Positions 10,280 through 23,764 of a stretch of 64,000 nucleotides of DNA are shown here, in pieces; position 1 is the first letter of the stretch; each line of letters begins with the position of its first letter. The stretch lies in contig JAKMXF010000300.1 of NCBI GenBank assembly GCA_024704765.1, forward strand, positions 457,019 to 521,018. The letters are read 5' to 3'. The position numbers were made by a program, and so were the translations under genes. The notes under the pieces were generated by a model, which was not told where the DNA came from, made no database searches, and saw nothing but the letters and a program-made list of their open reading frames with translations. Origin of the DNA: Oopsacas minuta. Lineage: Eukaryota > Animalia > Porifera.

Positions 10280-13200
10280 TTATTTGTCAGATGTGTGTTT
10301 TTGCTCTCTATGATTCTTAACAGTCTCTTTTAAAATATTAGATAGTTTATGATCAATCTTATCATATTGTGTAGGGGGGTTTGTAGAGTGTATTTGATTC
10401 ACAATAACAGTATCGTCCTTATTTTGCAAGTCAAGTTCTGCATAATAAATGTTGTCTGAAGAAGAAGCTCGAGTGAATGCGAATGACTTTGCTACATTTT
10501 CTAAGACAGGTTTTGGTTTGTTAATTGTGTGAGGAGTGCTTTCTCGTCTCAGTATTGGCTTAGTTGTTAGCGGAGGTGGTTTCTTCATCGGATGAATGTT
10601 TTGGTATCGTTTACTGGAAGGATAATCATTAGCAGATTTCTGGTGATTTTTCTCAGTTACTACTGCCATTGTTTCGTAAACTTGATTATCTAACGGTTTG
10701 ACATCCTCTTCATTCATTTGGCTGCTAATCTTTTGAATTCCTATCAGGGTTTCTGGTGAGTTGATGTTTCGACTTTTATCTCCCAGATCTATTCCAACTT
10801 TCTCCTCTACAGGTTCAGGAACACAAATATTATCAATACACTCGTTACATGAACCTTGACCCTTTTCTTCATTATCATTAGCTATTTCTCCCTCAAATAT
10901 ACCCATTACTTGGGAATCCAATTGTTGGCTATCGTGATTGATATCTTGAGCTGAGAATGCAAAGGTTACGTCATCAACATTCTGCTCTGGAGTACCAACT
11001 TTCCTACTAACCATCTTTTCATAGAGCGGAGATGCGTTAAGACTTGTTCTAGGATCTTCTGTATTAATCTTGTGATTAACTTCTTGAGATAAACGATCAT
11101 AATGTCTAGTGACGTCAGGAATTGGTATTGGATTTTCAGTGTCTAATGAACTATGAATAAATACAATTTATATAAAGTTTAATACGTAAATTCCTAACCT
11201 GTATTCTGGTTGTGGGGGAAGATTACTTCTTCATTATTAAATGGATGCTGATAGTCTAGATTAAGCGGGTTGTTGTTAGGCGTATTGTACATAGTCCTAT
11301 CTCCTACCATAAGGTTATCGGGTAGAGATCCTGTAGAGGAGATTACAGGGCGAGGTTTAGGATCTACCAGTTTATAATGTTCATCTACTGGAATATCCTG
11401 AGGAGTCGAATACAGGACTAATGGAGTCTGGGGGTAAGTCTGTTGTAGTGAAGGAGATAGCTGAGTGCCTTTAGAATAGACAGTAAATTATCGTATAAAT
11501 TATACTCAATGAATTTACATACCAGAGTTATCCAAACTGTTGGCCTGCTTTAGGGAGAGTTGCCTCATTCTCTCTTTACGTACTTCTAATGGGATCTGTG
11601 ACTCAAGATCTGTAAACTTAGCGTAAGGGACAATTGTAGAATTATCAATCGGAAGAGAACTCTTGTAGAAAGTAGATCTTCCTATCTTTTCTTTAGAATC
11701 AGTGTTACTCAGCCTTACTACTGATATGGTGTTTATCTTGCTAGAGTCTATGAAGAGTATAAAGTGCAACAGCTGTATAGATAAGAATAATTATGTGAAT
11801 AGTTACATTACCGTTCTTCAGTGAATGCTTCTTTTTAGATTGAGTAGGAGTACTTTTAACTCCAGTCAACTTAGAAACAAGATCATTCACATCGTAGTAG
11901 GAATGTTCAGACAGTTTAGAGCCTGATTTAATAGTATTGCCTCTCCCATCAGTATTCGCAAAGTTAATTTTGGTTGTAACTTGTCCGTTTTTAGAGACAT
12001 GTAGATCCTGTGTATCGCCTGGTACTAGCATATCATAGCGTGTTTTTAAAGGAGGAACTCCTGTGAATGTCTACGATAAGGAACGAATGAATTAGAATCT
12101 CTTCTATAACTAAATAAATATCCTATTTAGTCCATTAAACATGCAACTATATTAGGACTCACTTCTGCTCGGTAGCTGAAGCTCCTTTCTTTGTCAGATG
12201 CGTACTGTTCCCGTCCTGGGAGTGAAGCCCTTCTCTTCATGCTGTTATTATCTAATGGAGTTGGAGGAAGAATCATGTCATCATATCTTGAGGGAGATGT
12301 CTTTCTCTTGCTCTTCTGAGATTGCTGATTAAGGGGGAGCATGGGGTGATTTGGAGGGAGAGGTGGGTAAGTTGAACCGGCATCTGCTTGATCACATTCA
12401 AATGGTTGTATTTCATATATTTCATTATCTGCTACAGGTCCTTTATGAATTAATGTCTAAAAAAAAAAAATCAAATACAATAATGGTAGTCAGTGGCCAT
12501 TAACCATTATAGATTAATACTTACGTCATCAATGATTGTATCCATACAACCTGGCGGTAGCTCTTCTCTGAATTTATCCCAGCACAGAAATCTCTGTGTT
12601 ACCAACAGATTATGAGTACTACCCATTATACTACAGACAAATATGGATGATAGAAGATAGCATTAACTTAATTACATTGTTATTCTTACTTTGAGAGAGT
12701 TGAGTAGAAGTTCTTAGCTAGAACCTTAGAATGTACATACAGCCATAGATATCCAGGTCCTGTGTCAGTCCGTCTGCCTGATTCTATGAACACAAGTTTC
12801 TGCCAGTGTCCACATCTCCTCAAGTTGTGAATCTAAAATGATGTATAACTACAGTACTCAGATAACGGATTAATGAAGGCTTAATGAAGGAGATAATTAC
12901 ATTGTATGTGAGTGCATGTAGACCTGAATGAGGGTCCAGGAAAGACAGACTTGTTCGTGTGAGTACGAGGATAAAGAAATGGTTATTAAACTGCCATTTA
13001 AGTCCTAATTCTATTTGCAGTGTCTCTACAGGACAGGCGTCTTCTACAAATGAATAGAAAGATTAATCATATAATAAATCATTGGTTAGGTGTTATGTAC
13101 CGAATTCTATATCTCCAAATATAGCCTTGTTAATACTAGTCTGTTGTGTGAGAGGCAGTTCTCTCTTAGGAATAAAAGAGAGAGGAATTACAAGCTCAGG

Positions 13201-13575
13201 AAGACGGATTAGAAATTCCAGATCTGTCAACCAATCTTCAAACATATCTCTATTATCAATTCCCAGATAAAGTTCTTCCACTCCTGCTCTATCAGACTGT
13301 ATATCTAGTCTTATGAAGTTACCTCCGTCTCTGAGAGTAGCCCCTGACAGTATTGGAGCTTCTATACGTTTAATCCCTGCTACTGACTTCATAGATACTA
13401 CTGAATTTGGTGTAGACATCTTCTTAACTTGTTTAGCATCATCGTGAACTTCTAGCTGAGCTGTCCTACTCATCTCTGATGCACATCGTAAGACAAGGTA
13501 TTTCTTCTTCATTGCCTTTCCAAGAACCTTTCCTTTCTTAACGTATCCTTCTCTTATGACTGTATCCATACTCAT
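10280..13575 (-). CDS. IRS/DOK/FRS2-like PH plus PTB adaptor protein, multi-exon
   Basis: Exon 1 (13575-13101) encodes a PH domain (IREGYVKKGK..KKKYLVLR..FEDWLTDL). Exons 13043-12901 and 12832-12690 splice to give an IRS-type PTB (IHNLRRCGHWQKLVFIESGRRTDTGPGYLWL). Further short exons lead to the terminal 10280-11014 ORF, which is rich in Tyr motifs. Later exon boundaries were not all resolved. Confidence 0.75.
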
Positions 13576-13669
13576 ATTAGCTAATTAACAAAATTCAAGA
13601 TAAGTTAGCTAAGTTATTCGGATTGTATGTGATACAAGTAAGTTGAAATACTACACATAACTAGACATA

Positions 13670-16349
13670 TTAAGAGTGGTCTATGAGTGCTATCAGAGCA
13701 GGGGTAAGCTTTGTAGCAGACGGGTTACGACATAGCAAGAAGGGAGGAAGTCTAGTTTTGCTCTGTGTATGAATCAGGTTGAGCATAGAGCTGAGAGATA
13801 CACAAGCTATTCCAACGGAATATCCTCTACAGAAGGAATAATCTCCTGATGTTACATAACCACAACATTCCCTACTATTAGCTGGGAGAGCTAGCATACC
13901 TAAGTTATCTAGAGATGACGTAGAAGGTTCATAGAGACAGGAAGAGAGTGGAGCTTCATGGAGTGTATCTTTAGGTAGCTTGTTAAGATTCTTCCTACTT
14001 CTCTTCAAACTTTTCCTCGCGGTTTTTAACACTCCCTCAGAATGCACTGATATGCCATGGATTAACTGTCTATCACTAGTTATCTTCGTAACACCCATAC
14101 GATTAGTCCCTACAATAGAGAATAAATTGAGATCTCTTTCTACACAATCCTTACTGTAACTAGAAAGTATTATCTGTATATCCTCAACAGTAGGTAGAAA
14201 TAGCTTAGCTCTATCCTCTACACAGCCTCTTAGTAACATATGTACTGATATCAATAAGAGAGAGTTTGAATATCTATCAGAGATATCTGATAGAGATATA
14301 GGCTCAGAAAGAGAGGGTAACTTCCTACAAGGATATCTCTGTTTATATATTCTGGGCATATATTTGTAAGGCATATGTTTCTTGAATAAAACATGCTGTA
14401 AGGATAGAATAGCTTTTCTGTCTCTCAAAATATAGTAAGGTAGTTTAAACTGAATAGAGTCATCATCCATCTGTTCATCCTCTCTCTCTCTACCCATAAG
14501 AGATCCCCAGGGAGAATGGAACGGAGTAGACACACCCATCTTCCCATACTCCAGCCTCTTATCAGGAGGCTTTGATAGATAATGCTTCTCTAATTCGTTC
14601 CTCTTATTATAAGCCTCTATTACATAGCCATAGCAGTCTATACAATCTCTAGGATAACACATACTCTGTCTCTCTAAGCATACTCTATCAAATTCCTTCT
14701 TTCCTACAGCTTTAGCTCCCCAATAAGTTAATGCCATCAGTGACGTCATTATCCATTCTCTAGGCAGTAGCAGTATTATACCAGCTCCATACTGACTAGT
14801 GGATCCGATAGGACCATGTTCCCCTGATGTGGTGAGTAACCAGAGTGGGACTCGGTCTTTACGGAAGGACGGGTCTGCAGGTATAAGTCCGTATAAGCAT
14901 TTACCACGGTGTATGTTAATGACGTCATCAGTATGCTTATCAGCTACAGACTGATGTCTACAATCAGCTGTATACACCTGAGAAGATACTAGAGATTGTC
15001 TATGTGATTTGTATATAGCTAGTATATCTGTTGTTGTTGTATTAGAATCTGTTACTAGTTCAGTATTGGTAGGAATATTGTCTGTCTCACCCTCTAGCTT
15101 ATTCCGTAGGTTTAAGAGAAGAGACATTAACTCATCAGGTTCAGGTTCCTCTACAGGGACAGTTAACTTCCTTTTAGGTAGAGATAGTCTAGGGTCTAGA
15201 GCTGTGTATCCGAGAAGAGAGTTGTCTGGAAGATAAGAGTTAGAGGATTGAGATATCTTCTCTAAGATAGCAGATAGTTCAGAAGATTTGTAGTTAAAAC
15301 CGTCATACCACATACCAGTAACCTCGGTATCAAGCTCTTTGTTTAAATCAGGAGGCAGAGCTTTGAGGAGGGTGGAGAGTGAAGATGGACCTACCAGCTG
15401 TAAAATTCCTATCTCAGCTGTTAGATCAGTACATACAATATGTTCAGAGAAGTTATCTATAACTTTAACAAACTCTGATACCATAGCAGGATGTACTAGT
15501 AGCCATAATGAACACGGAGATATAGGGAAAAAGGTGCCAGGACCTATAGCTCCATAAGGGTAAGTATCTGGATAGAATAATGTAGTAGTTATTGGAGAGA
15601 GAGATTGTAGAGAAGGACAGAGGGATAAAGAAGGTATTATGAGAGAATTAAGAGTTTGAATTAAGAGAGGAGTATTGTCAGAAGATATCTGGAATACTGA
15701 CTGGTAAGAGGTGTCAATAACCGCACATTTCTTAGCTATAGAATGGTAGGAGTGACGTGTACATTTCTGTGTAAGAGTATAGGGTATTTTCCAGCTATAC
15801 TTATCTATCATATGAAATCTCTTAGCATGCCATAAGTGAGAAGGTAACCATTTAGATTTATTAACCACTGATTTATCTATCTTCTCAGAGAATTGAGCCA
15901 GCATTCTCTGAAAACGTAGACTACGTAGATATCTAAAGGATACATTAGTAAATATATATTTGATATACATTTACATTCAATGTTATACCTTCTCTTCCTA
16001 CGAGTTTCCTTCCTGCACCATTTAGGTTTTATTTTATTTCCCAGCTGTTTGGGATGTGATTGTGCATGAGCACGTAGTCTCACACGTACAGGCAATCTCC
16101 TCAAATTATGACTAGAAGCTCTTCTCCTCATGTGTCTACACGAATTGTTATATAATATACAGAATTATATAATTAGTAACACCTTACTTACCTAGGTAGA
16201 GATTGTGTAACTCTTCCCTTCCTCTTCAGAGCACCTGTATTCAACTCCTCGGCCATGTTAGTAATCTCCTGCACTCTGTCACAACAGAACTCCCACACAG
16301 GAATGCCACTCAAATAATCCTTCTCCATCTTATCAGCTGATTTAGCCAT
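13670..16349 (-). CDS. POP1: RNase P/MRP protein subunit POP1, 3 exons
   Basis: QSLPR/HMRRRASSHNLRRLP, WLPSHLWHAKRFHM, DTSYQ, ILLLPREW..LTYWGAKAVG, YPRDCIDC, GYVTSGDYSFCRG. Short GT-AG introns lie near 16135-16192 and 15935-15985. Confidence 0.92.
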
Positions 16350-16526
16350 AACTGCCTAACTAAATGCTTACATCTGTGACGTCATTATTATAAGAACAAC
16401 TTAATTATAATATGTATTTCAGTATTAATAAAAAGGCAATATATTAGTTGATAGTGTGAGATGTGTTACATTCATATATACATACAATTCAGTTGCATAA
16501 GGTGTTGATAATATGCTATACACCTG

Positions 16527-19500
16527 CTAGTTGGGGCGTGTTCTCTTGGAGGGAGAAGGAGTCCTCCTGGGAGACAAGGGAGTTTGGGTGTGGACTAGAG
16601 TCTTTGTAAAAGTGTCTGAGCATATAGGAAAAGATACGGATTTTCCTTTGGTAGGAGAAAGAGAATTATAAACAGGCTTAGAAGAAGACTTAGCTATTTC
16701 ATTTTGTTCCTCTGTTCCATTTAATCTAACTTGTTCCAAGGTTTGAGCAGGAGAGCCTATTGATGTGTTACGACCTGATTGCATAAGTTTAGATATATGG
16801 GCTGGTACAGGGCTGTGTGGAGTGTAGCCAGATACTACTGCTACTGAGTGTCTCCCCCCAACCTCTCCTGACATAGATTTAACTCTGTCTATCTGTGAGT
16901 AGTGATATGACATATTAATACTATTGAGTCTTGTGTTGGCCTGATACTGAGTAGTAGAATCTGATCTGGTCCTGCTACGCTGCATGATAACAGCTGATTG
17001 CTCGGTGGAACGTTCTGATGGCATCTCTGCTATGTTATGTACTGCATTAGATATCCTCTTCTCTCTCAGAGATAAGGGGACGTGTTTAGGCTGTCCTGAA
17101 GAGAAGGAGCCATCCTGTGGAGCAGCTGATAAGGATGAGAGATTACCTATACTAACTCTAGAACTGATAGGAGACTTCTCTTTAGAGAGAGTAGCAGTGG
17201 GAGATGTGGTAGGGATATAAGAGGGTGAGGAGGTGTGTTTGGAGAGGGGTAAGAGACAGTGAGAATGCTCCTTAGGTATCTCTATACACATCTTCTTTAT
17301 ATCACGATCAAGCTCTGTTGTAAGAGTAGCTCTGTAATTGTCTATATGGTTTTGGAGATCAGATGATACCTCAGGGAAGGTTACAGAGGTGGTGGAGCTA
17401 GGGATGTTAGGAGATACAGCTGTGGAGATATCAGGAGGTGATACAGAGACCAGCTTCTGAGGAGACTCCTTCAGGGTGGTGTTTGGGAGTATATCAGCTG
17501 GAGATTTGACAAGTTTTGAAGATGGTATAGGTCCCTGTTTAGACAGGAATAAAGAGTCTATATCTCTTCTTATATCTTCCAACTTCCTCAAATCTCTCTG
17601 AGGTTCTGATTTAATAGGAATGTTAGACTTATCAGCTGAGTGTCTAGCAGATAAGCGAGTAGATTTAGGTTTGCTATTGGGGGGTCTAGGTTTCATAGAG
17701 TCTGTATTACTACCTTTATTACTGGCTAAACTACTAGCAGTATTATTAATAGGAGGAGGACTGTCCTTCTTGTCAGTGAATGTCTGTTCTGATACAAAAC
17801 TCGTGAATAAAACACTCTTAGGATTATCAGGAGAAATTCTTTTAGAAGTGGGCCATAGAACCTAAACAAAAGTATAAGTATATGTAGCAGTATTATCATT
17901 CTTATAACTAGAAATACCTGTGATATCTCTACAGGATTGTGTAGAGTAGCCTCGTTAGACTGAGACATACTGTTGCCCTTCTGATTATTAACATACTGAT
18001 TGAGGTAACTGTTAGTGAATCCAGTGTGAAGAGTTGTAGGAACCTGTAGTTAGTATTAAATACATTTCTAACAATAAGATAGACTAACCTTAGAAATATA
18101 CAGAGGTGATGGATTCCGCACTAGACTGGCATTAGATTCACAATCAGACTGATACCCGTCTTCTGACACCTTAGAGACAGAATTGAATCTCTCCATCCTA
18201 CCCACATTGTTTCCCCTAGGACCAGCTGCAAACTTATCAGCTGCTCTCTCCTGAGACTCACGAGACAGGACAGGTAGATTTTTAAGGAACTCGTGAGTAA
18301 AACTCTCAGCACTTCCTTCCCAGTCTATCTTGGGTATATCAGGCATGGAGTAGTGTATACCGGAGAGGGGTGCGGTCAGGTCTCTAGTTTTCCTAGCTTC
18401 AACACGTTCTCTAGAAAATACAGGTATTCCTCCGTTCCTGTTCTTATACTTAACCGTGGGGTACTGCTGTGTACTGATTCTACCAAGCTCATTGAGAGCA
18501 GATCCGTAGCTGGAATACTCCTTCGCAGACCGTAGCTCAGGGAGTCCTTCCTTACCTCTGGCACTAGCTGGGGGGCGTGATGTTAGGGAGAGGACCTGAG
18601 GATCATGGGTCTTACTTTCACCTAGCAACACACAAGGATATAAGATATGGATTTAACCCTATTAAATCAGTTACATACTTGTAGTTACGATATTAAGATG
18701 AGCTCCTCTAGATTTTATTCGTCTCTTTCTATCTTTATTCTTATTCCTACTTCTCTTAGATTTCCTCTTCTTCTTCAATCTCTTAGCTTTATTCTGTACC
18801 AAGCACTGAGCAGGAGTTCCATCAGACACAGAGCTATCTGATCCTCCATCACTCTCAGAATCAATAGACAGTTCATCCAGCATATCTAATACTTCTAACG
18901 GGTCTCTATCAGCAGGTGGAGGAGGCTTACCCTGCTTGACAAGTGTTTGAATAACCTAATAGAAGTATACAGTAATACTATAGTGATATACAAGTAAAGA
19001 GAAATAATATACTTGTTGTCTGAGGAGATTATATATCTCTTCTAAAGTTTTCTGTCTCTTGTAAGGATCAGGATCAAAGTAGTCTAGAAATGTGTCACAC
19101 AGCTGGTGTCCCATTTCCTCCAGGTCACAGGGTCTGAAGAAGCAGGAGGCTAGCTTACCTAGATTGCTACCACAGAAGCTAGCCTCCATAGTGAAGCTGT
19201 TCATTACGTTAAACTCCTTCCATATAGCTATACGGCCACAACCCTCTTTATATTTCTGTACTTTGAACCGAGAGTATCTACAGTATTAAGCGTAACTACA
19301 CAACTGGTGAAAAGGAATGTAGGTATATCATACCTGTAAGAGAACAGATGTGGAGCATTCTTACTCAACATAAAAGGTAATATTCTAGTCTGTATGTGAT
19401 CTAGGTAATTAGTAGTTCCTGGCTGCCGTCTAGCTCTATCATCACAACCATACATGAATATATTCTGCTTACGGGAATGTCCATGTAAATCACAGTACAC

Positions 19501-21212
19501 AGTAACTTCTCTCTCCTGACAGAGCTTCCTCATCATTTGACGGAGATGGAATATAACAGGGAAATACTCCTTCATTACTGAGAACTTATTGTATTGTCTG
19601 TTTAGATCACATCCAGACAGAGAGCATCTGTAATTACCGGTTATAACACCGTCAGGATTTAACATTGGGATTATCTTAAACACGAATATACTACGGAGCA
19701 TGTTAGCGTCCTGACTCTCTGGATCTGTCAAGAAGTCTATTACTCCTTTCATCATAAAACTAGAATTAGTCTCTCCTACAAATAAGTACTGATTAATTAC
19801 AAATGTATAGAGAAGAGAATACAAGTACATACCTGGATGTACTCTAGCAGATATAACGATGGCTCTCTTAGCCCTGGTCTCAGCTGGAGATGAAGATGGA
19901 TTAGTTATAGTCAGTAGGTGTACCATGTTACCAGCTAGAGAGGTACATAGTAGCTTCTGTCTGCATATCTTAGAACGGAGAGGACATTTGTGTAATCTCT
20001 CCAGATAGATTTGTAGGTCAGAATACGTGTATGGATAACAATGAGAGAAGTAACAGGTATCATCTGCATGAAGAAAGTCACAGGTCCAGCTAAGACTGTA
20101 ATAACTTCTCTCCTTGGTGGATTTATCAGATACACGATATTTGTTATGATTCTTGTAATAGAACACGTTCTCTCCGTGTGGTAGCCAGCCTATATAATGT
20201 GACGTCATAATAATAGTATAGATAATTTAGAGGTATATTACCTGTCTTATGGCTAGCTGCTTGTTTCTGAGAGTAGAAGAGAGGTCTCATACCTTCACTG
20301 TATAGAGAAGCTGGTTTTATTAAATTCATTATAACAAACCTGTACTTAACTCCAGGAGTCATGTTACGGACTTGAAAGAAGAACCATTGAGCATACTTTC
20401 CTGTGTACAGATCGTGCTGCAAATACAACTCATAATCATATTCTCCTACTTGATTAGCTTTACGGAGATTTCCACTCTCGAATCGAGCCTCAAATTTGAG
20501 AGAGTTTTCTTTAAACTCATACACACGACTAGGAATATCTTCTGTAGAGTGACTAGATCCTATTCTAGATTTAGTAAAACACTTCTCTTTTGTTGTACAA
20601 TTGTTGTAACGATACACACAGTGTACATCTGATTCCAGGGGGATAGGAGGCGGATCTGGAGGGGGGTCAGATGTTTGTATTTTAATCGGAAGAGGTTGAG
20701 ATGAAATAATAAACTTCACAGGTATGTCAATTGATTCTACTTCTCTAGGCCATCTAGGGAGAGAGGGGTGATCAGCCTCCTTCTTATGCGAGGTGTGGGA
20801 AGAGAAGGGAGCTCTCAAACTAGGTATAAGTCTACCCTCTATCTCTTGATATACTACCTGTATACAATAGATGATTTATACGTATAATTTGTTGATAAGC
20901 TATGTATTATATATTTACCTGAGTAGTCCGTAGCTGATTCCAAGTGAACATTCCAGCTCTGTCGTTAGTAAATTCATCCCTCAGCTGATTCCCTGACCTC
21001 TTACCCGTAGCAATAGTATTAATACCAGTAGGACTAATAGCTTTATTAGCTTGTGTGTGTAATATACCATAAGCATACAGCTGTCTTCTTATATAATCCT
21101 GCGATAAGTCCCTGTCTATCTCTTTAGAGAAACTCTTAAACTTTGAAGGAGTGATCGGGTTAGGCTCCAGTAGATGGTTCCTGGAAGAGGAAGGGATATC
21201 TCCGCTCAGCAT
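16527..21212 (-). CDS. AGBL2: Cytosolic carboxypeptidase (M14D tubulin deglutamylase), CCP2/CCP3-like, multi-exon with a long low-complexity C-terminus
   Basis: LKFEARFESGNLRKA, YAQWFFF, YSEGMRP, HCYPYTYSDL, ARVHPG/E, PMLNPDGV, GCDLNR, CDLHGH and SFTMEASFCG spread over ORFs 20144-20818, 19228-20208 and 18956-19204. The N-terminal exon is 21212-~20917. AGBL2 versus AGBL3 is not resolved. Confidence 0.85.
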
Positions 21213-21444
21213 CACACCATGAACTTGTCAGCTAATTGTATTAATGTAAATTATAATATAAAAGAGAATAAGTGAATAGCAGCGGAGTTTATAGAATCAT
21301 AAACGAAATATGAGATATACAAAATGATTCGACAGAGTTATGAATGAATCGGACAGCTGACAGGTATATTGACATCTGTCAGTGTCAGATTATATAGAAG
21401 AGAGAGGTTGCATTAGATAAGGCTAATCACAGCCTTGAATACAG

Positions 21445-23026
21445 TTATGTAGACTTTTGTGTGCGTAATGAGTCATCTAGTAGTTGGTAAGCAGAGGATA
21501 TAGCTACGTCAGATTGTACCTACGAATACTAATAATAATAATAAATAAGTAATATAACAACAATCTACGTATGTAAGTATACCTCATAAGGCTTGTCTGA
21601 AAATATAGAGTTAGCGTCAGTACTCTCTAGAGGAGAGAGAAGAGAAGCTCCGTCTAGAAGGAGATTGTTATTAGAGAAGTTAAAGTTATTCGGTAGAATA
21701 AACCCTCTATGCTGTCCATCAGAGGAGGTAGCAGTGTATGCGCCCGTAGAGGTTGTAGGTAACAAGTTATCCTCTGAATCTAAGGGTATGTCTTGTCTAT
21801 CTATCTCTCCTAACTGAATAAATACCAAAAATAATAGTTAGCAAATTAATGGTTAGTTGGAAGCTAACTTGTTCTAATAACTTCTGAGGATCTGTGACAT
21901 CATCAGAAGGGACAGGATCTAAATACTCCTCTCCTTGAGGAGGGTACGCCATGAGACCAGATCTGGCTGCTCCCATGAGCTGAGATATCTGAGCTTGTAA
22001 CTCCTGAGAACTAGGAGGATACTCTCCGTCCTTAGCTTCTAAAATATTCTCTAAGTATTGCAGTAATACTTGATGCTGTAGGAGCTGTTGTTGTATTAAT
22101 AACTGTACCTCTACTTCTGGTCTAATGTCCTCCTCTAATATATAAATTATATGTTAAGCTATTTTGTTACAGAATAACTAATATTCAGTAATCTATTTAT
22201 TACCATTCTTCCAAGACTCCTCCAGCTTCTCTTCTTGTGTAATTTGCTTCCTCAACAGCTCCATACATGCCTTTATCTGATCTTCTGAGAGGAATAGGTT
22301 CTGATTTCTTCCTATATCCTCTCCTACCAATAATTCAGTAATTAATACAATCACATTACTTTATTATGTAAATAACTAGTATACCTGTATTTGTAGGTCT
22401 AGAAGAAGTCCGATTCTTAGAAGGGTTAGACTCCTCTCTGGGTACTATGTCAATAAGAAAGTCATACATCTCATCCTCACTCAGAGCCTTAGCTATATCA
22501 TTTTTCTGTGGAATATATCACTAACTAATCAATAATATACCAGAGAATTTAACAAACCTGTAGAGTCTTACGCTTTGCTTCCTCAGTGTGTAGCCATGCT
22601 CTGAGTGTTAGTTCCTCTATAAACATGGTAGCAGCCTTAGAGAATATGAGAGGAACTTCACTAGAAATCATTTTAACATTATCATCTAGTTTCATTATCT
22701 TCTTGATACGAGCTAGAGGGAGATCTGGAGTAGCTCTAAGATCATCTTCTGTCATATTAGCTATTTTTTGGTTCTGTTTATCCCAGTATGTACTGTAATA
22801 CAAATCTGTTACAAAGTTTTAAATCTATTCAGTGTATCTCTACCAACCTTAATAACTCCTCTACCATTTCTCTGGTGTCTAGCTCCTCTCCAGAGCTCTG
22901 TTTTTCCTCTCCCTCCCTTTCTAGAAGATGTTCATCTATTTCATTATCCCTCTCTACATCTGAGCTAGCAGCTACAGGCTGTGATGCTGGAAGTTTGCTT
23001 GGTTTGTTAGTTTGACGGGTAGCCAT
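21445..23026 (-). CDS. NFYC: Nuclear transcription factor Y subunit gamma (histone fold), multi-exon
   Basis: [56 protein letters not shown], then [19 protein letters not shown] in the next exon. An acidic first exon starts at 23026. The 3' end is either 21565 or, with one more small exon, 21445. Confidence 0.9.
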
Positions 23027-23171
23027 CACATAGCTAGTAATTATACAAATAACAAATCAATTACAAACCAGATAGAGACAAAGATAATTTGAATATTCCT
23101 AATTACTCAATTTCCTACCAATGTCACATAATTGTATAATTAGCTAAGAAAGAGCAGTCAATAATATAGGA

Positions 23172-23687
23172 CTAGAGCTCTTCATGTTTAGGCAGCAGCT
23201 CTTTAACTCTTTTAACGTAATCACTCTTCTCTGCACAGCCCAGACAATTCTCTCCCCATTCACTAAGTATCTTCTTCAATTCTCTAACACGTAGTTTACT
23301 TATATCTGTGTTCTTAAAATCTATCTTCTTATCATATTTCAACTCACAGATCTGTTCGTCCATCTTCTTCAATTTTTCACAAATCTTTACAGCAGGTACT
23401 GTAGATGCCATAGGCTTTACTACTTCATTAACAATACCAGTAGCTGCATCCTCAGTAGCTCCTATGTAGTAACAGAAACGACCTTCTTTCCCTATAGCAG
23501 TGCTACACTTGTCTCTCAGATATGTTTCCAAATTATTCTCTCCTATTATAGCTTGATCAGATGACTCCTGTTCAATCGCTTCTAAGAACTTTATACAAAC
23601 TTCACAGTCTCCCTCTTTCAGCTTACAGAGACATACTGAACAGCTGATCAGTAGAAGTGATAACAAGGAAAATCTGGCTAGTAACAT
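23172..23687 (-). CDS. MANF: MANF/ARMET family ER protein, single exon
   Basis: Signal peptide; saposin-like CEVC..RFCYYIGATEDAATGI..KICEKLKKMDEQICELKY; SAP-like KLRVRELKKILSEWGENCLGCAEKSDY; C-terminal KHEEL ER-retention-like motif. Confidence 0.95.
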   Translation of the reverse strand: MLLARFSLLSLLLISCSVCLCKLKEGDCEVCIKFLEAIEQESSDQAIIGENNLETYLRDKCSTAIGKEGRFCYYIGATEDAATGIVNEVVKPMASTVPAVKICEKLKKMDEQICELKYDKKIDFKNTDISKLRVRELKKILSEWGENCLGCAEKSDYVKRVKELLPKHEEL

Positions 23688-23764
23688 CACGCTAATATAT
23701 AGAAGAGATATAATAATGAATTAATACATACGGTATAATGTAATGTATTGAGTGATTAAATATT

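Noticed and set aside
16527-21215. Stop-codon recoding or programmed frameshifting to explain overlapping ORF fragments (AGBL, POP1, NUDT19)
   Set aside because: Short AT-rich GT-AG introns account for the frame changes wherever they were checked.
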